Positions 29,700 through 43,711 of a stretch of DNA of 64,000 nt are shown one piece after another. Source of the DNA: Octopus vulgaris (taxonomy: Eukaryota); NCBI GenBank assembly GCA_951406725.2, contig OX597836.1, positions 46,252,001-46,316,000 on the forward strand. Reading direction: 5' to 3'. The stretch's first letter is position 1, and each line of letters begins with the position of its first letter. A program made the translations under genes and the position numbers. Under the pieces are notes generated by a model. It was given only the letters and a program-made list of their open reading frames with translations, searched no databases and was not told where the DNA came from.

Positions 29700-30270
29700 A
29701 TTTATCCAAGATACCAGCGGTCAGGTAATGGGTTCTTTTGTGTATATTGGTAGCAGTTCTGTTTCCAGGTTTGAACCCCTCGATCCTGGGATCAATTAAA
29801 GGATTGAGAAGGCTTTAATGACATTTGGGACACTGAAGAAACAAGTATGGTCAGACAGGGACTTCAAACTTTCCGCTAAGGACTTGCGTCTATGATACTT
29901 GCATCCATATTTCTCTGTTAAATGTTGCTTAATCAGGAACCGGGTACCAGCTAAAAGTGTTTCAGTCATATATTAAACATCATCTGAACATTTTTTACAC
30001 CCGACACAGAAGTACCGGAAAAGATGGACTATCTCAATTTGGAAGCTTTTCTCATCAACTACTATACTGGATGACACGGTCATATCGTCAGCCCCATAGT
30101 TTCAGGCTCCCGAATCAATTGCTCTACGGTGTCTTGGTTTACAATTCGGAAAAACCCCACCATGACGTCACAAAGACGATCCACGGGTCCTGGAACATCA
30201 GATCTGATCATTTGGAAGCATCGTGCGAACGGCAGTTTATATCAATAGGAAAAACAACTTACAAGTGGAG
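29700..30270 (+). mobile_element. Degenerate RTE-type LINE fragment
   Basis: FVYIGS..RIEKALMTFGTLKKQVW..KLSAK and RLPNQLLYG. Confidence 0.65.
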
Positions 30271-30830
30271 AAAATTAAATAACCTACCCAACATACATAT
30301 ATACATACATATGTGTGCATGTATATATGTATGGGTGTGTGTATGTATATATATATGTATATGTCTGTGTGTTTGTGTGTATATATATGTATATGTATGT
30401 ATGTATGCACTTTGTAGCACTCTAATGATTTGAACTTACACTCCGAAGTCTTTACCGAAGACCAAGTCCGCGGAGTAAAGAAAGGCTACAAGAGGAATCC
30501 CCTTGAGCTGATATAGAGATAATGATGGAAAATAAACAAAGAGAACTGATTGGGTTAGATATAAAAAATATACATATATACATGTAAAAAAATAGAAAGC
30601 AAAGACTGAAAATTCTCAGACAATGAATATTCTAGCATAAATATATAAATATTTATATATCAAGACAGAAAACGTACACAGAGTACAATGACATGGAAAA
30701 TTAAAGGGGAGAAGGTATGGTGTTACCAGTCCGACAGCTGTTTCTGGGGTTTCGGTGTTACTTCAAAATATTGGCAGATGTAGTTCACAAAAACATGCAA
30801 CTAATAATGGAAACAAATAAACATTGGGCT

Positions 30831-30891
<61 letters not shown>

Positions 30892-31519
30892 GTAGATAGA
30901 TAGATAGATAGACAGATGTACACACTCATTCATATGCGTAATCCCATCACACGCACGCATGCGCAAACAAAAGCACATGCGCAAATTTATACATAACGTG
31001 TTTATTGCATTATTGACATTTCTCTGGAACTCCCAAGGTGATGTAGTCATTGTTATTGACTGGTCATAAGTGACCATTATTATCGACTGATCACTCCTAC
31101 CAGTGTGACATATTGACCAGAGACAACATGGCTCATTTTTTTCATTTTCAAGAAGGTCAAATAGGCGCGCAACTTCGAGTGGTACAGGTATTATTTCTTT
31201 TGTTGATGGTTGCGGGATTGGCAGAAAGATAGAGAGAGAGAGGGGGGAAGAGAGGGAGATGTGTTTGTGTATGTATCTGTGTATCGATATGTGTGTGCTT
31301 GTGTGTGTGTGTGTGTGTGTGTGTGTCTCTCTCTCTCTCTAAATATATATTATTTAATAGCTGTTTGACTCGGTTCCATGTAACTGAAAGGTTCATTGAC
31401 ATGTAGAACGAACCTAGTTCGTTAGGAAATGGAGGTCAAGAAACAAGAAATGAGACAAATTCAGAATGACTTCTAGCTATTAGGCCTATGTATGTATGTA
31501 TGTATGTATGTATGTATGT

Positions 31520-31977
31520 ATGTATGTATGTATGTATGTCTTAAAGTTGTATCTTGCGCGGGGACATAGAAATAATAGGACTGAATACCCGATAGTGCAG
31601 TTAAACCATTGGAAGTGAAGGACTCCTAGTCCTTGTTAGAGCATCCTTCATGGAGAAGGTAATTCAGGTAACTGGGATAACTCCGACATAAAACCTGCGG
31701 CTCAGTGGTTACCGATGGTGTTGACTTGTTCTTCTTTTCGGGTTATGGCTGCTGTTGCTTAGTGAGTGGGATTGACTCAGTGCACAGCCTTTCCTCACTT
31801 TAAAAAATATCTTCTTGCACAGGCATTGCACGATAACAACATTGTTCATGATTGTTGATGGTGCTGTGAGTCTCATCTGAATGACTGGCTGTAGCCTTAA
31901 AAAACAAATAAAATTCACATTCGATAACAGTTAAGCCTCGTGCAACGGTCATACTCGATAACGAGGGGGCAGCCATC

Positions 31978-31978
<1 letters not shown>
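31520..31978 (+). mobile_element. Probable non-coding interspersed repeat (RTE-related SINE-like)
   Basis: GC-richer block between microsatellites with RTE-UTR-like wording; single copy here, so unverified. Confidence 0.3.
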
Positions 31979-32056
<78 letters not shown>

Positions 32057-32064
32057 TGTGTGTG

Positions 32065-32530
32065 TATTTAAAGGGCTAAAAACCACTATGTGGTCAGCCA
32101 TATGCTAGAAGTAGATCACCTACGATCAAACTACAAAGAAAAGAATGTTCTCTAGAGAATAATTCAGCGGACACTAGAACAATATGCGGGTAAGACATGA
32201 AAATTATATAAAAAAACAAGAATTAATCGCAAACCGGCGATTTCGCCTGTTAACGAATAAATCACTTAAGTAATCCTTCGTCCGTAGGACTCGTCAGTAC
32301 GACAGTTCCACAAGCAATATAATTTGTAAAACTAACCACCAATTTTCCGTATAAAAACAGACACGTGCTTAGTTCCACCGATTACATTGGGGTTTATTTC
32401 AAATGTCTGAGTTCTGGCGCGCTAAATTCCGGAAACAAAATCTGCAGTAAATAATTTACTGCAGTTAATGCTATGCTAGGCTACTGGTTTTAAATAGATA
32501 TTAATTAAATTAATATTCAATTTATCTCCC
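32065..32530 (-). mobile_element. Penelope-like terminal fragment with a complete type I hammerhead (32228-32301)
   Basis: Minus: cgta-CTGACGA-gtc..long hairpin..ggc-GAAA-tc gcc gg-TT-tgcg; the aaccactatgtgg end resembles the 45054 and 54722 elements. Confidence 0.65.
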
Positions 32531-32536
32531 TCATTA

Positions 32537-32604
<68 letters not shown>

Positions 32605-33071
32605 GTATGTGTAAGTATATATATATATATCTTTTATCTTTTATCTTTTACTTGCTTCAGTCATTAGACTGTGGCCATGCTGGGGCACTACCTCAATGCT
32701 GGGGCACCACCTCATATATATATAATTACACATACATGTGTAAAAGAGAAAATAGTAAAGAGTATATATATATATATATACAGATGTTATTTGGAGTTTA
32801 AGTCAAGGTAACCCAAACTAATAGGTATGCATTATGAGTGCCTCAATAAGTAATCTATTAATATTGCAGTTAGAACAGCGACTGGAGTTGTGGTTGTGTG
32901 ATTGTCCTGTTGGAAAAAAACTGGCGGTTGGTAGCTTACCTTTGCGTCAGCAGGTATCGGTTAAAATAGTGAGGAAGGCAAACAATTAGTCAAGGTAGGG
33001 CTATGGCATTTGAATTAATTTAATTCAATCTAAAAAATAGTAAAATAATACAAAACTGGTAAAGATAGAGT

Positions 33072-33143
<72 letters not shown>

Positions 33144-33176
33144 GTGTGTGTATGTGTGTGTGTATGTGTGTGTGTA

Positions 33177-33208
<32 letters not shown>

Positions 33209-33543
33209 TGTATGTGTGTGTGTATGTGTGTGTGTGTGTATGTGTGTGTGTGTATGTGTGTGTGTGTGTGTGTGTATGTGTGTATGTATGTGTGTGTGTA
33301 TGTGTGTGTGTGTATGTGTGTGTGTGTGTATGTGTGTGTGTGTATGTGTGTGTATGTGTGTGTGTGTGTGTGTGTGTATGTGTGTGTGTATCAATTTATT
33401 AATAAATAAATATTCACCACTAACTCTCCATTTTCCGCTCTTTATTTAATACGGATTATATACATAATATATACCTATCGATTTAGGGAAATTTTCCCAA
33501 AAACATAAAGTATAGAACCAGTGTTTTCTTGGATGTAATCACA

Positions 33544-33980
33544 GGCGCAGGAGTGGCTGTGTGGTAAGTAGCTTGTTTACCAACCACATGGTTCCGGGTT
33601 CAGTCCCACTGCGTGGCATCTTGGGCAAGTGTCTTCTGCTATAGCCTCGGGCCGACCAAAGCCTTGTGAGTGGATTTGGTAGACGGAAACTGAAAAGAAG
33701 TCCGTCGTATATATGTATATATATATATATGTATATGTATGTGTGTGTGTGTGGCTGCCTGTATGTCTGTGTTTGTCCCCCCCAACGTCGTTTGACAACC
33801 GATGCTGGTGTGTTTACGTCACCGTAACTTAACAGTTCGGCAAAAGAGATCGATAAAATAAGTACTAGGCTTTCAAAGAATAAGTCCTAGAGTCGATGAT
33901 TTGCTCGACTAAAGGCGGTGCTCCAGCATGGCCACAGTCAAATGACTGAAACAAGCAAAAGAGTAAAGAGTAAAAAGAGT
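33544..33980 (+). mobile_element. SINE family A, full length
   Basis: Same head, internal microsatellite and tail. Confidence 0.9.
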
Positions 33981-34411
33981 CTCCCTTTAAGCGGTTAATA
34001 TATTCTCTAATTAACACACACACACGCGCGCGCTCATCTTGTATACTGCATAGGTGAGATGCTTAATGCTAAATGCTGAACTGTACATTGTTTGACAGAA
34101 TTCATGAGCAAGCGATCTGATGTACATGTTTATTGTGGAGACATAGAAACAGAGATTGAAGTATTTCTTCTTGGACCATGAGACCAAGAAGCAACTGGTT
34201 TCTTTGTAAGTATTCACTTAGCGAGGTTCAATCTGTTTCGTGGGCAGACAAATCCATTTTGTTAGGTTGGAAAGGTCCAACATACAAATTATAAGATCCA
34301 AATTCACCTCCGAGACCAGAGATAAGGAATAAACAAATACATCTCCAGGAGACATCATAGATGTATATTTATGTCTGTATGTAAGTATTATGTGTATGTA
34401 TATATGTGTGC

Positions 34412-34448
<37 letters not shown>

Positions 34449-35053
34449 TACTTACACATACTTATATATATATATATTTTTGTATGTATATATGAACTGT
34501 ATTATATGGTTATATGGGTGTAAATTAGTCTATCGGTCTTTTATGCAGTATGGTGTTGTGCAGCAGTGTTATGAAGCGTGTGCAGCGAGGTGTTATGATG
34601 TTGCACAATGCAGATATGATGTACAGTGGAATTATGATGCTGAAAAAGATCGATAAATTCGACATGGGGTCGAGAATGAGAAACACAAACCGCAAACTGT
34701 CTAGGGGACGCAACTCCACCTTTTTTTACTCTCCAAAAAAATTTACCATCATTTTTTTTCCCAGTGAATGGTGATTTTAGTATGTTTTCTGGAAATTACG
34801 ATGTATAGAATAGCAATTGTAACAGATAGGGGAGAGTTATGGTTTTATACGGTGAGATATTTCAAATGGAATTGAAGTATACGAGGAAGGATGAATATAA
34901 AACTAGAGAGATATTTGTGATGAGTTGCAGAATAATAATGCGAGGAGAGAAAGATTTAAAAGATTCGATATTCTATTGATAAACCAAATTATTGATCTAA
35001 AGGTGGACAGATTGTATGTGTGTGCAACCGTGCGTATGTGCGTATGTGTTTAA

Positions 35054-35088
<35 letters not shown>

Positions 35089-35089
35089 G

Positions 35090-35122
<33 letters not shown>

Positions 35123-35287
35123 CGTGCGTGTGCGTATGTGCGGGAAATTTATATTTGCATATGTCTATGTAGGATCAAATAACCATATATAAATATGTAT
35201 ATGCATGCGTAGTGTCTATCTGTATATATACGCATAACTAGTGGATAAAATAAGCATGTTTGTATATAAATATACGTATGTAGATTA

Positions 35288-35341
<54 letters not shown>

Positions 35342-35489
35342 ATGTATGTATGTATGTATATATTTTTCCGTCTGTATGTAAGTATGTATGTATATATATA
35401 TATACATATATACTTACACATACATATATAAATAGATATATTTTTGTATGTATATATGAACTGTATTATATGGGTGTAAATCAGTCTAT

Positions 35490-35780
35490 CGGTCTTTTAT
35501 GCCAACCACTAGCTACAGGGAGGTAAACAAACTAACACCGGTTGTCAAACGGTGGTGGTGACATATTTTTCCGTTTGTATGTACATACATACATGCAAAC
35601 ATATATACATATATATATATATATATGACGGACTTCTTTCAGTTTCCGTCAACTAAATCCCCTCACATGGCTTTAGTCGGCCCGGGGTTAAAGAAGGAGA
35701 TGCTGAACCAAGATGCCACTTTGCGTGACCGAAACCGGAACCGTGTGGTTGAGAAGCAAACCTCTTGCTCCGTACCCACG
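35490..35780 (-). mobile_element. SINE family A, diverged
   Basis: gacttctttcagtttccgtc..caagatgccac..gaaccgtgtggtt. Confidence 0.7.
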
Positions 35781-35814
35781 CTACGTCAATAAATGTCCGG
35801 AGTCTGAGTCTCCG

Positions 35815-35860
35815 AACATCCGATGATGTGGACGTGTTTCTACGCTCACGAAACTTGAAA
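35815..35860 (+). ncRNA. Hammerhead-like motif, CCGAUGA core
   Basis: CCGATGA-t-gtg..cac-GAAAC; helices I and III not evident. Confidence 0.35.
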
Positions 35861-36074
35861 CCACGTGAAGCTGACTCATCCACTCAATAAAGACAGGTAA
35901 CTCCGACTAAAATGTATTGAGTGCTACTTTATTTCGTCTCTTCACTCTGTCGCGCACCCACGCACACACACACATACACACACACATACACTCACCCACG
36001 GACCCACACACGCACACACGCACACATATGTGCATGTGAAAGAATGAGATAGATATATGTGTAAGTCTGTATGT

Positions 36075-36113
<39 letters not shown>

Positions 36114-36263
36114 TGTATGTATATATACGTATATGTATTTATATGCATATGTATATATATGTATATGTATTTATATGTATATGTATATATGTATGTGTGT
36201 GTATGTATATATGTATATATATATATGCATGTATGTACGTATGGGCGTATGTATGTATCTATC

Positions 36264-36294
<31 letters not shown>

Positions 36295-36506
36295 ATCTAT
36301 ATATATATATATACATACATACATACATACATACATACATACATACATACATACATACATACATACATACATACATACATACATACATACATACATACAT
36401 ACATACATACATACATACATACATACACACACACTCATACATACAGATGTAAATGAAAAAAGTGCAGATACAGGCACACAGTGACAAAGTTAGTGAATTA
36501 CACACG

Positions 36507-36583
<77 letters not shown>

Positions 36584-37252
36584 ACACACACACACACGCA
36601 CACATACACACAGAGGCCAACAAAGAATAAAAGAAACTTGGAGAAAGCGAGAAAATTATGAAAGGATGAGAGAGACGGGAGTGGGAAAGGAACGGGGAGA
36701 GAGTGAGGGAGAGAGATAGAGAGAGTGAGAGAGAGGGGGGGTAGTGAGAAATTCTATTTGTTGAGTAGCTATGAAATCATCAAAAGCTAGATCAATTGAA
36801 GAGAAGAGATCAATTGATCAGATGAGATCAATGGTTGTATTTAGTTCCAATAATTCTAACATGGATGGCAAATATCTCCATCAGGTTAGGGTGTCGTAGC
36901 TTCTTTCTCTCCCTCTCTCCTTTTTATGTCATACACACACACACCTATATACATATAAATTTACGTCCTACAATTCTATACATCTGACATGGATAGCAAA
37001 TACGAGGTTATGGTGTCTTACAAAATATACATACATACATACAGTTATACATACTTACATATATGTGTGTTTGTGTACAAGATTATGTAACGTATTACGT
37101 ACAAATACGTGTGCCTCAGATATATACACGTATGGTTATATGAATATATCTGTGAAGTTACGTAACAAATCAGATATACAATGATATGGTATGTAATGTG
37201 TCTTTGTGATTGAAATATTATTATCATTGCTATTATTATTATTATTATTATT

Positions 37253-37287
<35 letters not shown>

Positions 37288-38070
37288 TATCATCATCATC
37301 AATATTATTATTATTATTATTATTATTATCATCATCATCATCATCATCATCATCATTATCATTATCATTATTATTATTATATATAAGGTGGCGAACTGGC
37401 AGAATCGTTAGAAGGATGGAAGAGAGAGAGAGAGGGAGAGAGATAGAGAGAGAGAGAAACAGGAAAAGAAAGATGGTCAAGTGAAGAAAAGAAAGATGGA
37501 CGATGGTCACGTGTGAGTAACGACAGAGAGAGAGAGAGAAAGGTGAGGGAGAGACAGATAGAAAACGTTGAAGGAGGGAGGGGAGAAAATGAGAATCTGA
37601 GAAAGATGGAGGAAGAAAACAGTGTAGAGTAGAGAGTGGCATCAAAAGGTGCAGATAAACTTTCCATTCCCGCACGAACTTTTAAACGAACGGACGCATT
37701 TTTTTCTCTCTCTCTCGCGTATCTTTTCTCTCCCCCCCACCCAAAAAAATGTTTTTTCCAGCGTTCAATATTTTCCTCTCATTCTGGTCTAAGGACCCTC
37801 CATGTTTCTTTTCTGTCATGTTTTTGTTCCCAACTAAATTTTATTTTAGAATTATGTGAGCAACTGACTTTGAAGACTCATATTGTGTTTGAATGCTCGA
37901 AATGAGGAGTAGATAGACAACGAACAACTGATGAAGGGTCCTTTCTCTCTGTTAACTTGTCCTGTTTTCCCATTTTTTTCGTTGTTTACGTATTTCACTC
38001 GTTTTTCCCTCGTTTGTTTACGTATTTCATGTTATTTGCACCGTTGGTGACGTCCTGTACCCACATATGC

Positions 38071-38154
<84 letters not shown>

Positions 38155-38186
38155 GAGAGACAGAGAGAGCTAGCTAGCTAGCTAGC

Positions 38187-38231
<45 letters not shown>

Positions 38232-38269
38232 GTGTGTGTGTGCGCGCGCGTGTAATTGAAATTTCCAGA

Positions 38270-38447
38270 AAAGCAAAATACGAAGACAGATGTGTAAACA
38301 ACAAGCAGATGTAGTAGTTTGGCGCTCAGGAAGGTTAGAAAGTATTTTATGTTTCGAGCCGACGCTCTTCAACACAAAGGAAAGCGAGGAAATAAACAGA
38401 GAAAGAATAATAAAAAAAACTTGTCGATTTAGCGGTCAATCATGGCA
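38270..38447 (-). mobile_element. Short insert of the 5500/61240 family with a degenerate hammerhead (38345-38378)
   Basis: Minus: ttt-GTGTTGA-a-gagc gtcg gctc-GAAA-c-ata-aaa. Confidence 0.6.
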
Positions 38448-38481
<34 letters not shown>

Positions 38482-38523
38482 CATATATTATTATTTAATT
38501 GAACGCGACGCATCCACTACTAA

Positions 38524-38557
<34 letters not shown>

Positions 38558-38644
38558 ATATATATTGTATATATATATATATATTTGTGTATGTATGTAT
38601 GTATGTATGTATGTATGTGTGTGTGTGTATGTATATTTACTTTA

Positions 38645-38920
38645 ATTCCTTTATTCTTTTGCTTGTTTCAGTCTGCACAGCCCTTAGTCAAGAAAATCGA
38701 CCCCATGACTTATTCTTTGTAACCCTAGTACTTATTCTATCGGTCTCTTTTGCTGAACCGCTAAGTTATGGGGACGTAAGCATACCAACATCGGCTGTCG
38801 AGTGATGGTGGGGGACAAACACAGACATACAAGCAGCCACACACACACATGCATACTCACACAAATATATAACTTAGCGGTTCAGCAAAAGAGACCGATA
38901 GAATAAGTACTAGGCTTACA
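38645..38920 (-). mobile_element. SINE family A 3' half with a ~50 bp inverted duplication
   Basis: 38720-38769 is the near-perfect reverse complement of 38869-38919. Confidence 0.75.
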
Positions 38921-38940
38921 CAAACTGTGCACACACACAA

Positions 38941-38972
<32 letters not shown>

Positions 38973-39011
38973 ACACACACACTCACTCACACACACACAA
39001 GCAAAAACATG

Positions 39012-39359
39012 TATGTATTGGGTTATTACAGGTAAGTTCGCTGCCATCAGTTCATCGTATCCCGACGGGCTTTTTTTCAGATTCCGTCTACCAAATACCA
39101 TGTCTGGTAATTTTACCGTCATCAGTTCATCGCAGGCAAAGTTCACCGTAAGGAATGTTCACTGTACGTTCTGATCTCCATTACTTTCGCTTTTTCGTTT
39201 CAATGAAATAGTTTTAGATTATTTATGGTGAGATACTATGAATATACATTCTCGGTAAACTTTCCTCGCGGTGAACTTTCTTCACGGTCAATTGATGGCG
39301 GTGATCTCTCCCGCGAAGAACTGATGGCAATGAACTTACCTGTAATCATCCAATACATA
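39012..39359. mobile_element. MITE/foldback element with ~45 bp TIRs
   Basis: ttacaggtaagttcgctgccatcagttc versus gaactgatggcaatgaacttacctgtaa. Confidence 0.7.
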
Positions 39360-39435
39360 TGTTTATGGTTGTGTGGGTGGGTGGGGCGTGTGTGCACAAT
39401 TTGTGTTGGTTGTACAGTTGGTTATTTTGTTGTTG

Positions 39436-39632
39436 GGATCTTTTCGGTTTGAACGGCAGTTTTCAACACAATTTCTAGTTAACTAAACACTTTTAAACTT
39501 CGTATACTGGTAGAATGTGTCAAAATAAAACATTTTTTTCTCTTGGCTTTCTTGAGAAAATTGTAATTTGTAAGTTTAACGTAGTTTAATTTTTCGAATT
39601 TTAACCAATCCTATGCCCTCTTTTGAGCTAAA
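39436..39632 (+). mobile_element. Left end of the MITE family seen at 47677-48106
   Basis: ggatcttttcggtttgaacggcagtttt..aaacttcgtatactggtagaatgtg shared. Confidence 0.75.
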
Positions 39633-39633
39633 A

Positions 39634-39706
<73 letters not shown>

Positions 39707-39711
<5 letters not shown>

Positions 39712-39990
39712 TGTTGTGTCTGGGGAGAGTCATTTTCTTTTAGTGCCTTATTATGTAACACACTCACCGGTAAAATTTCCACATTTTTCTTACTTTTATT
39801 TTCCTAAAATTATCGTTGCGTCTTGCAACCTTTTCAGTAGTTTTGAAATAGAGACAAAACTACTGAAAAGGTTGCAAGACGCAACGAAAATTTTAGGACA
39901 ATAAAAATAAGAAAAATGTGGAAATTTTACCGGTGAGTGTGTTACATAATAAGGCACAAAAAAATGACTCTCCCCAAACACAACAGAATA
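39707..39990. mobile_element. ~140 bp-arm palindrome carrying paired hammerhead-like motifs next to its axis, in (TAT)n
   Basis: Arms 39707-39845 and 39855-39990; plus arm: cta-CTGAAAA-g-gttgc aagac gcaac-GAAA-attt-tag. Confidence 0.8.
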
Positions 39991-40055
39991 TGCTTCAACA
40001 CACGAACTCACATAATTATTATTATTATTATTATTATTATCATTATTATTATTAT

Positions 40056-40510
40056 GTGAGAGAGCAGTTCATGCCATCAAAGTGACACTGGGGTAAAATA
40101 TACGAAGCCCAATATACCCATCATGACTACCCGTCTGATAAAGGTACACCAGGCACATGCATCACAACCATATGTGCGCAACATGGTGATCTCATATCAA
40201 GATAAACAGCACATGACCTTGCAGGTGGGGCCCAGTTAGAATTTTCTTCAGGTTGAGTAGCCCATCCCGCTCAAACGGTCCCTGAATAAGGGTTGTTTAA
40301 GGATGTTGAAAGAACCACCCATGTTTCCAGAGGTGAACTATTCAAACCCCAAAGAATCCCTCTCAACACATGGCTATGATGCTCCCCCACTACTTCTGCT
40401 CGTGATCAGAGATGCACATATCGTCAGCCACTGAGGGACATGCTCAACTGGTTAAGGTCAAACAACTGACAAGCAAATCTGTGGTACAGAGCAGAATATT
40501 TGCTGTAGCC

Positions 40511-40512
<2 letters not shown>
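40056..40512 (-). mobile_element. Family D copy, truncated at one end
   Basis: Matches 11776-12232; TAT-flanked. Confidence 0.85.
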
Positions 40513-40548
<36 letters not shown>

Positions 40549-40553
<5 letters not shown>

Positions 40554-41604
40554 TCCGCCTTAGCGAAGGCGGAGGTATTGTTTTCAGTCGTGTTTGTTCG
40601 TCTGTTTGTTTGTCCGTGGACAAGATATCTCAAGAACCGTTGGATGGATTCGGATGAAACTTTCAGGGATGTTTGGCCTCGTCACTGGTACGAATTCATT
40701 AGATTTTGAGATCGATCCGGCGCCGGACAAGGATTCTGGATTATTTGTTATATTTACTTTACTTTACCTGAAGTATTACGATCTTACGTTGACTTTCAAG
40801 TCTTTCTCTGTTTATCTTCTTTGAAAGCTCTCTCATGGCTTCCACGTAAGTTATGGCAGCATTGCTATTTCCAAAGTTTTATTTTAGTTTCTCTATTATT
40901 AATTTCACTCACGTCTCTATCTTAGTAGAAACTGATGGATAAAGAAATCAAACTACATAAACAAACGGCAGCAAAACCGTTCAGAAATTAAATAACACTA
41001 AACAATAATAAATTTAATTTATCCTTGACAATTTTTAGTTTTACCAATTTTAAATATATCGCTCCTGTTTAAAACTGCTTACCCACGTGACAATTGCATT
41101 TCTAGCTCTGCCTTGAAGGAAGCTTTACTTCTTGGACTCCTGTTTTTGTGCGCAACGATGTTGTTAAACTTCTGTTAACAGCACCGTATGCAGGTCTTTT
41201 CCATTTACTTTAATGCAATGATAAATTTTTCACTATTGAGTTAATGGTCGTAAAGGCACTAAATAAGTGGATAGACTAAAAGAGGCCTTCGTAGAGAAAA
41301 CTATCCCTGTTCCTACTGCAGACGACACACACACACAGCATTACAAACACAGCCCGCACACCCACCTTGACATTCCATGACTACCATTGGAATCAATCAG
41401 GTACCGGACAAAGATTCTAAATTATTTTTCCGTTTTTTTTTACTTAATTTTTAAGAGCAGTCAGATTCATTCTTAGTATTCTTGTTCGTGAGAGCAGTCA
41501 AGTTTATTTCAGATATTCTCATTTTAAAAATCATCCCCGGCTAATCTTTGAGAGGATATTGGTACTGCCTTAGCGGAGGTTTGCGTTCTCTGAGTGCTCT
41601 TGTT
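40549..41604 (+). mobile_element. Helentron-associated (HINE/DINE-like) non-autonomous element
   Basis: 5' acctccgcc..ggcggagg inverted repeat, gttt/gtcc tract, 3' gcggaggt plus a short hairpin ending in gtt; homologous to 44082-44472. Confidence 0.65.
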
Positions 41605-41627
41605 GTTGTTGTTGTTATTATTATTAC

Positions 41628-41715
<88 letters not shown>

Positions 41716-41718
<3 letters not shown>

Positions 41719-42800
41719 TAGTTTTATTTTTATAGCGTGCTTTCACTTCACTACTGAGCACAGCTCTGTGTGCCTTGGGTATGTGCTGTGATTTGTTGTG
41801 ATGCTCTGATGGTTATTGTATGGAAAGTGTTCTGCGTAGGATGTGTGCAGTGCCTAGTAGTGCAATTTTCTGTATGTTATATGTGTTTTAAGTCCTGGTG
41901 TTTTTGTTATGTATTTGTCTGAATATTTTTTCATCATGCCTAATGCACCTACTTTGGTAGCACTAATCAATCTCTTCGCAATCAATTTTATTTTCAGGAG
42001 CAGTTCCAACCCGTTTAGATAGGCCTCCTCCGCATTTCCTTTTTTCTTCTCATTTAGAAGGTAGTCCAGCTCCAAAATGTCTAAATATTTGTACCCCAGA
42101 GTGGTTACCGATTGACTCTCAATCGGATAATTCAATCCCACTATTACACACACACCTACCTCTTTTCATAGTCAGCGTAGCACATTTTGCAATACCAGAC
42201 TCCATCTCGATGGTTTTACAGCATCGGTGAACCAGCCTGTAATTCATTCTTGCCAAAGTGCTTCAGATCATCCATGAGAAGTAAATGATTGATCATAGGT
42301 CTTCTGTTTTCAATCTGATTGCCAATATCTGTCTTCAGTACATCGATAATGGAATCATTAGAGCAATAATGCGAATGAATCCCCTTTGAATATTCCTTAT
42401 CTTATATTGACCACTCCTAGGTGGTTTATTTCCTGCATACGTGTTTGTCTTTCACAAAGGCTAGTTTCACTTATTTTAATAACGCAATCTGCTGCCCCAA
42501 ACATTCTCAAACACCTCAGTACTCACAAATACGGGACCATGCCAAAGGATTTTTTAAAAGTCTATCCAACCCATGCATAAATTCTTTAGGCGTCTTTCGC
42601 AATTATTCACGATCGCCTTGTCAATTGCAAGATGGTCGTTCGTTTGATTTCTTTCTCTACACTCCTTCTGCTCTGCAGGTTATATCTCATTCTGGAACAA
42701 GTGATCATAGACTTTTGCAGCAAACATATCTGTCAACAGCTTCCAAACACTTTCCGGTGGTTTAGACGAGGAACAATGGCAAAAAACAGAGACTTTATCG
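41716..42800 (-). mobile_element. R4/Dong subfamily 1 3' end (41716-41952) joined to an older RT fragment
   Basis: VGALGMMKKYSDKYITK; upstream INHLLLMDDLKH and GYKYLDILE. Confidence 0.8.
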
Positions 42801-42856
42801 GCCGGAAGGATCATATAAATATAAAGGAAAGAATACGAAGAAACTGCACAGAAATA

Positions 42857-43027
42857 GGTGCCGGAGTGGCTGTGTGGTAAGTAGCTTGCTAACCAACCAC
42901 ATGGTTCCGGGTTCAGTCCCACTGCGTGGCACCTTGGGCAAGTGTCTTCTGCTATAGCCTCGGGCCGACCAAAGCCTTGTGAGTGGATTTGGTAGACGGA
43001 AACTGAAAGAAGCCTGTCGTATATATG

Positions 43028-43060
<33 letters not shown>

Positions 43061-43278
43061 TTGTGTATGTGTGTTTGTCCCCCTAGCATTGCTTGACAAC
43101 CGATGCTGGTGTGTTTACGTCCCCGTTACTTAGCGGTTCGGCAAAAGAGACCGATAGAATAAGTACTGGGCTTACAAAGATTAAGTCCCGGGGTCGATTT
43201 GCTCGATTAAAGGCGATGCTCCATCATGGCCGCAGTCAAATGACTGAAACAAGTAAAAGAGTAAAAGAGTAAAGAGAG
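42857..43278 (+). mobile_element. SINE family A, full length
   Basis: Same structure as other copies. Confidence 0.9.
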
Positions 43279-43711
43279 CGATTATATAAGTACATAGCAG
43301 TGTTTGAAAAGACGGCTTACTGGTTGGCAAACAAGTGGAAATAGAAGGGATCAAAGAAAGACGTACATACGCATATATACATGTATGTGTATGTGCATAT
43401 ACATACACACACGCACACACAATTATGTACAGACATACACATAAACACTCACACACATGCACACATACATGTACATGCACGCATACATTTATACATATGG
43501 ATCCGTAATTGCACGCAAGACTGTGTGCAACAACGACATGTCTGAACGTGTCCCTTTTAGGGCCATGATGAGGAATTATTACAGATGAACGGATAATTTG
43601 AAAGAAAGAAGTTTGAATATTTCGAGCAAGTCTTTATCAACCAAACAGTTCCCTCATAATTTGACCACAGTCTGGCTGGATTACAACAGTTCATACTGAA
43701 CAACATTAGAT

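Noticed and set aside
30733-30760. Hammerhead (GAAA-cagctg-TC on the minus strand)
   Set aside because: Only the 3' half is present and no CUGANGA box was found, so it is not counted.
31153-31187. Possible micro-exon (polypyrimidine-AG ... GTATT)
   Set aside because: Splice-like signals only; no homology or partner exons visible.
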